Assembly (NCBI RefSeq): GCF_049075655.1
Contig: NZ_CP157522.1
Coordinates: forward strand, 1,248,001-1,312,000
From: Methanothermococcus sp. Ax23
GTDB taxonomy: Archaea > AGJL01 > Methanococci > Methanococcales > Methanococcaceae
Reading direction: 5' to 3'
DNA length: 64,000 nt
Positions 56,645 to 64,000 of the stretch are shown here, one piece after another (position 1 is the stretch's first letter; each line of letters starts with the position of its first letter). The notes beneath the pieces were generated by a model. It saw nothing but the letters and a program-made list of their open reading frames with translations, was not told where the DNA came from and ran no database searches. A program made the translations under genes and the position numbers.

Positions 56645-57523
56645 TTCTCTTCTTTTTCTTAATATCAAATACATAATTAAAGATATTGCAATTAGTGTTG
56701 TGGATATTGGGATTGGTGTTATTATAGGAGTTCCTCCCCCCTCCCCCGCCACAATATTCCCCAACAATCTTTCCAAGTTTTCAGGAGCTTCTGAACTCAC
56801 ATTAATAGTATCGCCAATAGTGGTTCCGTTGAATCCATTTATAATATCGGAAGTATTACCTATCAATGGAGCAAAGAATACAACACCAGTGTCATTAAAC
56901 TCCTCAGCAGTCATTGTTCCATTGTATAACTTTTCAATTTCCTCTGGCGTTAATGTCTTATTGAATATACCTACTCCAGATACATTTATATCAGCACCCC
57001 ATATCTCTTTCCACGGTCTATTGGCTATCTCTAAACCAGAGTTAATATATGTCGTATCATTCCTAAAATTTGAAGTTAAAGTTCCAGTTTTGAAATCAGT
57101 TTTACTATAAACTTCTTCTCCATCTTTATATATTTTAACGGTACCAGTGTTTCCGTCATAAGTTAAAACAATATTTTGATATTCATCGGGCGTTAGTTGA
57201 ACATCAGTTTCAATCCAATACCACGAATCGCCTACTCCATCATTATTTGTATCTACATTAATAGCATACTTTATTTTGTTATCTGTGGTCAATGCAACCT
57301 CATAAGTATTTTCCTGATTCACTATAATATCATAATCAGTGTTTTGATTGTCAGTTGGTGCAACCCAGAAAGAAATAGAAAGCTGGTCGCTTCCTGTCAG
57401 TTGTGTAACATCCTGAGAACCATCGTATCTTAATGTAGAATTATCTCCCCAATTGGAAAGGTCACCATACGCAGTGTTAAAAAATAATACCAAAATGCCC
57501 AATAATGTTATAGCTTTTTTCAT
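56636..57523 (-). CDS. secreted LamG/concanavalin A-like surface protein with PIP-CTERM-like anchor
   Basis: signal peptide; SISFWV...IVLTYDG...IYKDG...IFNKTLTPEEI; C-terminal TPIP-TM-RKRR. Confidence 0.7.
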   Translation of the reverse strand: MKKAITLLGILVLFFNTAYGDLSNWGDNSTLRYDGSQDVTQLTGSDQLSISFWVAPTDNQNTDYDIIVNQENTYEVALTTDNKIKYAINVDTNNDGVGDSWYWIETDVQLTPDEYQNIVLTYDGNTGTVKIYKDGEEVYSKTDFKTGTLTSNFRNDTTYINSGLEIANRPWKEIWGADINVSGVGIFNKTLTPEEIEKLYNGTMTAEEFNDTGVVFFAPLIGNTSDIINGFNGTTIGDTINVSSEAPENLERLLGNIVAGEGGGTPIITPIPISTTLIAISLIMYLILRKRRELN

Positions 57524-57616
57524 AACCACCACCGAATGTTCAGTGAGATGTACAATATATATTTTGATAATTGTAAGTTAGTTATAATATCGCATACAGT
57601 GGAAGGTTATATTTAA

Positions 57617-58633
57617 CTATTTCTCATTTGTTTCAATCTTAAATCCATTATTATTCCCCTTTGTAATTATTACATCCCCCTCAATACCATTTTTATCAAA
57701 GAATTCTTTGGAGGTTTCGACTACCTTTTGTATGCCCTCTTTTCCATTGCATATGGAATAAATCGTCGGTCCAAAACTTGACAGTCCGCTATATGACACT
57801 TTTTGAAGAGCTCCTAAAAGTTCCTTAACAATATCTTTTTGGAGCTCCACTTCAACTTTTTTAAATCCAATATATTGTAATTCATTTACAACTTCCCCAA
57901 AGGATTTTATGTCATTTTCAATTACTGCGGGCATCATTTTCATTAATATTAAATGACACATCCTTTGAGTTTCGTTTAATGGTATTGGGCAGTATTTTTT
58001 AAAAATATCTATCTCTTTATCGCCGTAAATATTTTCTCCTTTTGGAATGGTTAAAACAACATCCCAATTAAAATCATGTCTAAACAGAAGGGGCGGAGCT
58101 CTCACATTTTTTGATGCTGATGAAGGTCTAAAATCCTCTTTATCCTTTCCTTTTCCAAAGGTATGACCTCCGTCAATTATAAATCCTCCTTTTTCAAATG
58201 CATTAACTCCAATGCCTGATGTTCCTCCCCTACCTGTAATATTTGAAAGAGTTTTTCCATCCAATTCCTTATTATATATCATTGATATTAATTTTCCAGT
58301 AGAAAGTGCCATTTGAGTTCCACTTCCTAAACCACTGTGTTGAGGTATTATATTTTTTATTTTTAAATAAATACCCTCCTCCCCAATGTAGTTTAAAATT
58401 TTCTTTGAAATATTGTATATTCTTTTTTCTATCTCATTTTTATTGATATTGTTAATATTATTCAATATATTTTTGTCAAATTCTATCTCAATATCTGAGC
58501 TCCCCCTCCCTTCAACTATAAAATTTGGATGGTTTAATGTAATACCTATACCTCCATCTACCCTGCCGATACTACCGTTCAAATCTATAAGCCCTAAATG
58601 AATCCTTGAAGGGGATATTATTGTTAATTTCAT
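57617..58633 (-). CDS. mptG: beta-ribofuranosylaminobenzene 5'-phosphate synthase (methanopterin biosynthesis)
   Basis: PSRIHLGLID, HSGLGSGTQ, GRGGTSGIG, SSFGPT. Confidence 0.88.
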   Translation of the reverse strand: MKLTIISPSRIHLGLIDLNGSIGRVDGGIGITLNHPNFIVEGRGSSDIEIEFDKNILNNINNINKNEIEKRIYNISKKILNYIGEEGIYLKIKNIIPQHSGLGSGTQMALSTGKLISMIYNKELDGKTLSNITGRGGTSGIGVNAFEKGGFIIDGGHTFGKGKDKEDFRPSSASKNVRAPPLLFRHDFNWDVVLTIPKGENIYGDKEIDIFKKYCPIPLNETQRMCHLILMKMMPAVIENDIKSFGEVVNELQYIGFKKVEVELQKDIVKELLGALQKVSYSGLSSFGPTIYSICNGKEGIQKVVETSKEFFDKNGIEGDVIITKGNNNGFKIETNEK

Positions 58634-58659
58634 AATATTCACCGAAAAAAGAAAATTTA

Positions 58660-59124
58660 TTAAATTAATGCTTCTATTAAATCTCCTCTTGTAATTATGC
58701 CTACAAGTTCTCCATTTTTAATTACAGGTAGCCTTTTAATTTTATTTTTAGTCATTACTTCAGCTGCTTCATTTATTGAAGCTTCTGGTGAAATGACAAT
58801 TACATCCTTTGTCATTATATCTTTTACCTTTGTTTTTAATGCCTTTTCAATATCCTCCCTAAATTCTTCTATTTTTAACGTTGTTTTTAAAGGTAGTTCA
58901 ATTAAATCAAAAGGGGATGGCAATACAATATTAAATTTTTCGTCATGGGTTGTAAGAGTTTTTATAATATCACTTTCGGATATAATCCCAACAAGATTTC
59001 TATCATCGTCTATTACAGGAGCTCCGCTAATCTTATGTTCTCTAAATAATTTAATTACATCCCTAATATCGTTATTTTGATTAACAACAATGGGTTTTTT
59101 CATTACAGAATCTACATTAACCAT
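58660..59124 (-). CDS. CBS domain protein
   Basis: two CBS repeats (ISGAPV, IKRLPV). Confidence 0.88.
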   Translation of the reverse strand: MVNVDSVMKKPIVVNQNNDIRDVIKLFREHKISGAPVIDDDRNLVGIISESDIIKTLTTHDEKFNIVLPSPFDLIELPLKTTLKIEEFREDIEKALKTKVKDIMTKDVIVISPEASINEAAEVMTKNKIKRLPVIKNGELVGIITRGDLIEALI

Positions 59125-59244
59125 AAAATCACCAAATGATAATTATAATAATTTTATATTTATAATATAAAAAACTACGATAATATAATAAATTATAGGT
59201 ATAAATATATATGACATTCTTTCAATATAAACCTGGTGAAAATA

Positions 59245-60423
59245 ATGCATATAAGAATTAACAATGGTATCAATGAGTGTGATATTTACTTAATAGGCAC
59301 AGCTCATGTTTCAGGCGAGAGTATAAAGGAAGTTGAAAGAGCCATAACTGACATAGACCCTGATTTAATAGCTGTTGAACTGGATGAGGATAGATTTTTT
59401 GCTATCACAAACGATAATCTCAATAAAGCTAATGGTAAAAATAACATCGATATATTAAAATTAATAAAGGAGGGGAATGTAGGTCTTTTTTTGGTTCATA
59501 CGATTTTAGCAAATTTTCAAAAGGATATTGGGGAGAAGTTTGGTATAAAACCAGGCAGTGAAATGAAAAAGGCAGTGGATTTAGCCATAATATACAATAA
59601 ACCAATATCTCTAATAGATAGGCCCATAAATATTACATTGAAGCGTGCATTAAAAAGCATGAGTTTAAAGGAAAAATTAAGCTTTTTATATGGAATTTTC
59701 GAGGATAAAGACGGCATGGAATTGGATGAAAAATCGTTAAATGAAATGGTGAATAATGCAGAGGATTTAATCCATGTATTAAAAGAAGTATCCCCTTCAA
59801 TATATGAAGTTCTCGTAGATGAAAGGGATAAATTTATGGCAAAAAACATTTTTGAAATTAGCAAAGGGAAAGAAAGAATATTGGTGGTTGTGGGGGCAGG
59901 TCATTTAAAAGGAATAGCCAATTATTTAAAAAAGCTTGAAAAAAATGAAATAGATATAAATTTAAAGGAATTAATGGAGATAAAAAAAGGAAAAAATTAT
60001 TTTAAAATGGTATTCTCAGTAATGATATTGTGTATTATATTATATGGATTTTATTCAATATCCTCAAATCCCGAAGCCCTAAAAAAACTAACTATTGATT
60101 GGATTCTTATAAATGGTAGTTTGTCTGCACTAGGGGCAGTTCTTGCCCGTGGGAAGATTCCATCAATTATTTCGGCATTTCTTGCGGCACCAGTCACATC
60201 TTTGATTCCAGTAATTGGAGCAGGTTATGTTGCAGGATTTGTTGAATTGAAATATAGGGGCATTACAACAGAGGATATCGACGAATTGTTTAAATCCGAT
60301 GATTTAAAAAGGTTAATGAATAACAATGTGATAAGGGTTTTAATGGTTGCAACACTTTCCAGTATTGGAAGTGCCATTGGGACATTTTATTTTGTTCCAG
60401 GATTTTTAGGACATTTGTTTTAA
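59245..60423 (+). CDS. TraB/GumN family protein
   Basis: GTAHVS, VELD, PGSEM, DERD, VVGAGH; C-terminal TMs. Confidence 0.85.
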   Translation: MHIRINNGINECDIYLIGTAHVSGESIKEVERAITDIDPDLIAVELDEDRFFAITNDNLNKANGKNNIDILKLIKEGNVGLFLVHTILANFQKDIGEKFGIKPGSEMKKAVDLAIIYNKPISLIDRPINITLKRALKSMSLKEKLSFLYGIFEDKDGMELDEKSLNEMVNNAEDLIHVLKEVSPSIYEVLVDERDKFMAKNIFEISKGKERILVVVGAGHLKGIANYLKKLEKNEIDINLKELMEIKKGKNYFKMVFSVMILCIILYGFYSISSNPEALKKLTIDWILINGSLSALGAVLARGKIPSIISAFLAAPVTSLIPVIGAGYVAGFVELKYRGITTEDIDELFKSDDLKRLMNNNVIRVLMVATLSSIGSAIGTFYFVPGFLGHLF

Positions 60424-60424
60424 C

Positions 60425-61833
60425 ATATTCTGCGAGAAGTTTGATAAATTCCTTCGGAATTTATAAATGTCTTCGCTACGCTCAGACATCCCCATCCGTA
60501 AGGGTGGGGATGAATCGCAGGCATTATTTATATATGGCATAAGTGGCAACATACTATTTATAAATAATCAAACTGTGATGCCAATGATAAGGACTCATAA
60601 GTTCCGCCTTTATCCTTCAAAGAGTATCCAAATAACAATAGAGGAGCATCTAAATATATGTAGATACCTCTATAACTATCTTTTGGAGCAGAAAACTAAA
60701 AATCCGAAACTAAATAAAATGGATACTCAAAAACTAATCACAGAACATAAGAAGGAGAATCCTGAACTTAAAAAAGTCCATTCGAAAGTCCTTCAAATGG
60801 TAAATAATAAACTTTGGGGGAACCTCAAAGCATTAGGCAAACTAAAACAGAACGGTCATAAGGTAGGTAAATTAAGATTTAAATCATCAAGGAACAGATA
60901 TAAAACATTAGAATACAATCAATCAGGTTTCAAGATTAAGGATAACAAACTTCACCTATCTAAAATAGGTGAAATTCCCATAAAACTACACAGAAACATT
61001 AAAGGGAAGACTAAAAACGTAATCCTAAAAAAAGAACCTACGGGCAAGTGGTTTGCTTTCTTTCAAGTGGAAGAAGAACCTAAACCACTACCTAAAACTA
61101 ACAAGGTTGTAGGTATCGATTTAGGAATCGATGGTTATACCATCGATTCAGATGGTAATAAATTCGAAAATCCTAAATTCATAGATAGAACTTTGGATAA
61201 AATAAAGAGAGTCCAAAAAAACATATCTAGAAAAGTAAAAGGTTCGAACAACTACAAAAAGACCAAACTAAAACTTATCAGGATTTACGATAAACTAAAC
61301 AATCAGAAAAATGATTTTCTACATAAACTATCAAGATATTACATAAATAACTACGATAAAATAATTTTAGAAGACTTAAATATAAAATCGATGGTTGAAA
61401 ATGGAAAATGTAAGACCTTAAACCGTCATATCCTTGACGGTTCTTGGCGTAAATTCATAAATCTACTTCTCTACAAGGCGGAGGGTGCTGGTAGAGAAGT
61501 AATATTAGTAAATCCCCATTATACTTCTAAAAAATGTTCCAACTGCGGGCATGTTGTTAAAGACTTAAAACTTTCAGATAGAATCTTTTTTTGTCCCAAC
61601 TGCGGTTGGAAATCTGACAGGGACTACAATGCGTCCCTAAATATATTAAAGTCAGGGCTGGGAGAGTCCGTTGTGCCTGTTGAGGGGGGACCTCTACTCA
61701 GAGTTATACCTTATATAAAGGTAATCTCTGGGCAAGTATCCCCTATGAGTCAGGAAGCCTTGCCCGAAGGGCGAGGGCTACGAAAACCGAAAGGTTTTCG
61801 TTTAACCCCGTCCGTAAGGGCGGAGTAATTCAC
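60425..61833 (+). mobile_element. second-type IS200/IS605 tnpB element with hairpin inserts in both ends (left boundary approximate)
   Basis: end hairpins CCCCATCCGTAAGGGTGGGG and CCCCGTCCGTAAGGGCGGAG...TCAC; each separated from GAAG by a 48-50 bp insert. Confidence 0.8.
60584..61828 (+). CDS. tnpB: RNA-guided endonuclease TnpB
   Basis: HKFRLYP, GIDLG, ILEDL, CSNC/CPNC, DRDYNAS. Confidence 0.92.
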   Translation: MIRTHKFRLYPSKSIQITIEEHLNICRYLYNYLLEQKTKNPKLNKMDTQKLITEHKKENPELKKVHSKVLQMVNNKLWGNLKALGKLKQNGHKVGKLRFKSSRNRYKTLEYNQSGFKIKDNKLHLSKIGEIPIKLHRNIKGKTKNVILKKEPTGKWFAFFQVEEEPKPLPKTNKVVGIDLGIDGYTIDSDGNKFENPKFIDRTLDKIKRVQKNISRKVKGSNNYKKTKLKLIRIYDKLNNQKNDFLHKLSRYYINNYDKIILEDLNIKSMVENGKCKTLNRHILDGSWRKFINLLLYKAEGAGREVILVNPHYTSKKCSNCGHVVKDLKLSDRIFFCPNCGWKSDRDYNASLNILKSGLGESVVPVEGGPLLRVIPYIKVISGQVSPMSQEALPEGRGLRKPKGFRLTPSVRAE

Positions 61834-62079
61834 TTTCCTAAATATCATTATTATCTAATGTATTATATTGAAATCTAAAATTACTGCAAAAAAATCCATC
61901 ATGCAATGAATGCCCCTTATTTGTGGCGTAAAAAACTCATTTAATTATTTAATTTAATTTTTATCCCATAAATTCTATTGACTATTAATACCATATCGAT
62001 AGATTAATATATTATTACAGATACAAATATGTATGTATTATATATTTAGTATTATGAAAATGAAAAAATAAAAAGTGGA

Positions 62080-63093
62080 ATGATGAAAAAAATATTTGTA
62101 TTAATGGGGTTAATTACATTAACCTTTGGTATCTTCTTTGCTGGATGCACAGAACAGATGTCCGCAGACCAGATAGCAAAAAAGATGGAAGAGAAATACA
62201 ATTCCATCACCGACATGAGCTGTAAGATGGTCATGACAACAAATATTCAGGACAATTCTAAATCAATAATTTATGCTTACAAATATAAAAAACCAAATAA
62301 AGTTTATATGGAAAATAATGATACCATAATGGTTTCTGATGGAAAAACTATATATGTATATGATAAAAAACAAAATACCTATATGAAAATGGATGCACCG
62401 CCACAACAGAATTGGGACTACGGAGCTCTCATAAAAAGCATGTTTGATTTATATGATATAAAATATGTTGGAGATGAAAAAGTTTCAAATAGGGATTGTT
62501 ATGTATTGGAATTAACTCCAAAAAACAAAACTGGAAATATGGCTGTAAATATGGGAGCTCTGAAAATGTGGGTTGATAAAGAATACTGGCAACCATTGAA
62601 AATTGAAATGAATGGAAAAGGATTTTCAAGCATAATAGAATATCAAGACGTGAGATATAATATAGGAATTGGTGATGATGCGTTTAAATTCGCACCGCCT
62701 AAGGATGCAAAATTAGTTGAAAATAACATGCCAAAAGAAATGACAATTGAAGATGCACAAAAAGAAGTTTCATTTAATATATTAGTTCCAAAATATACCG
62801 CAGGTTATGAATTCAAGTCTGCAACACCTAATAAATATGGCGGGGAAGAATCCGTTATATTGAAGTATGCAAAGGATGAAAATCATGTAATTGTTATAAT
62901 GGAGTCAAACTCTGGAAATAGCAATAACATGCCAAATGCCGAAAAGGTAAAAATAGGAGATATTGAAGGAGAATATGTTAAATCTATTGGAATCAATATG
63001 CTTTCATTTAAAAAAGATGGCATTACCATTATAATAGCAGGAGCTCTTGAAAAAGAAGAATTAATAAAAATAGCCGAATCGATGATTAATTAA
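62080..63093 (+). CDS. lipoprotein with LolA-like domain
   Basis: FAGC lipobox; KKPNK, VSDGKT, MWVDKE..PLK, FKFAPP. Confidence 0.75.
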   Translation: MMKKIFVLMGLITLTFGIFFAGCTEQMSADQIAKKMEEKYNSITDMSCKMVMTTNIQDNSKSIIYAYKYKKPNKVYMENNDTIMVSDGKTIYVYDKKQNTYMKMDAPPQQNWDYGALIKSMFDLYDIKYVGDEKVSNRDCYVLELTPKNKTGNMAVNMGALKMWVDKEYWQPLKIEMNGKGFSSIIEYQDVRYNIGIGDDAFKFAPPKDAKLVENNMPKEMTIEDAQKEVSFNILVPKYTAGYEFKSATPNKYGGEESVILKYAKDENHVIVIMESNSGNSNNMPNAEKVKIGDIEGEYVKSIGINMLSFKKDGITIIIAGALEKEELIKIAESMIN

Positions 63094-63143
63094 TACATAT
63101 TCTCTTCCTTTTTCCTTTCTTCCTTTTCTTTTTTTAATATTTT

Positions 63144-63437
63144 TTATTTTATTTGTTTTATATATGATTTATTTTTATTAAATTCATCCCTTAAAGACAT
63201 GTATAAAAGAGGTATCCAAAATATTAGCGAAATAATGTTAAATATTATTATTGGATAATCGTCCCTTAATAGTCCATAAATTAACCATAGAAACAAACCT
63301 GTTGTAAATGACATTACAAAATAGGGAGATATTCCACTCATGTCTTTTGTTTTTAATGACTTAATTAGTTGAGGGAGCGATGCAAAGGTCGTTAGTGTGC
63401 CTGCCATATATCCAATAATTGTGAAATCCAATGCCAT
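63144..63437 (-). CDS. SemiSWEET / PQ-loop transporter
   Basis: LPQLIKS, WLIYG, PIIIFN; 97 aa. Confidence 0.85.
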   Translation of the reverse strand: MALDFTIIGYMAGTLTTFASLPQLIKSLKTKDMSGISPYFVMSFTTGLFLWLIYGLLRDDYPIIIFNIISLIFWIPLLYMSLRDEFNKNKSYIKQIK

Positions 63438-63531
63438 GTTATCATCTTTTTGATTTTATTAATGTTCTATATTTTATCCCATATATATTTTAAGTAATAT
63501 ACAAAATTTTCCGTATAATTTAAAAATAAAA

Positions 63532-63592
63532 AGAAAACGGCTTCCTTTTTCTTTAAAAAAACATATATATGGGATATAGGAAAACACATTCC
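63532..63592. promoter_or_regulatory. NrpR operators upstream of amt
   Basis: GGAA-AACACA-TTCC at 63579-63592 and degenerate AGAA-AACGGC-TTCC at 63532-63545, flanking a TATA-like box. Confidence 0.75.
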
Positions 63593-63635
63593 CGTTGATA
63601 TTAAAAAAACATACAATTAAAACCGAGGTGTGCAT

Positions 63636-64000
63636 ATGTCTGGTTTGGATGTGTTCTTCTTTTTATGGGCAGCATCGTTAATATTTTTCATGAAAGCAGG
63701 GTTTATTGCATTGGAAATCGGTCAGTTCAGTCATAAAAATGCAGCTTACCACTGTGTTTTAAAATTGGTGGATTTATTCGCAGTGTTTTTAGGATATTTA
63801 GTAGTTGGTTATGGAATTTCTTATGGATTTGAATATATTATGCCATTGATAACTGGAACATTTGATGCCGAGCTCGGGGCATGGTGGATGAAGATGGCAG
63901 TATTTGCGGCGGCGGCTGTAACCATTATCACAGGTGGAGTTGCTGAGAGAATAAAAATTCTTCCATACTTTATAGGTGCATTACTTGTGGGTGGCGTGTT
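63636..64000 (+). CDS. amt: ammonium transporter (Amt family), 5' part
   Basis: FFMKAGFIALE...FAAAAVTIITGGVAER; runs off window. Confidence 0.85.
   Translation, partial: MSGLDVFFFLWAASLIFFMKAGFIALEIGQFSHKNAAYHCVLKLVDLFAVFLGYLVVGYGISYGFEYIMPLITGTFDAELGAWWMKMAVFAAAAVTIITGGVAERIKILPYFIGALLVGGV

Noticed and set aside
60467-60583. N-terminal extension of TnpB in the ORF track
   Set aside because: It reads through the left-end hairpin, the insert and the TATA region; the real start is probably 60578 or 60584.
53147-61828. TnpBs as nuclease-dead regulators or Cas12-like CRISPR effectors
   Set aside because: The RuvC D/E/D residues are intact, both genes sit within IS ends, and no array or cas genes are present.
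1-64000. tnpA, tRNA or rRNA genes
   Set aside because: None recognised; any HUH transposase must be encoded outside this window.

Overview
AT-rich archaeal chromosomal segment from a hydrogenotrophic Methanococcales methanogen (Methanothermococcus/Methanococcus-like; inferred from gene content, GGTGA RBSs and NrpR operators). 1-11.6 kb is the selenium-free (cysteine) backup cluster: vhcDGAB-hdrA-fwdB divergent from frcADGB. The rest is mostly housekeeping: truA, larC, comA, pit, glnA, aroA, aroC, carA, serA, cooC, nikMNQO, Hel308 with an intein, pyk, class I aldolase, mptG, amt and a C/D box sRNA. It is interleaved with many mobile elements: two disrupted DDE ISs, one IS remnant, three tnpB IS200/IS605 elements and two tnpB-less elements that keep both ends and a probable omegaRNA. 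Two signals are not explained by standard annotation. (1) A family of ~37-54 bp double-hairpin micro-insertions, conserved in structure more than in sequence. Comparing tnpB paralogs shows they are discrete insertions. They cluster at IS200/IS605 end hairpins, sit in-frame inside genes and supply stop codons. (2) The palindrome GAGCTC is strongly over-represented (at least 69 copies counted by eye) in host genes but was not seen in the mobile elements, which resembles cyanobacterial HIP1.
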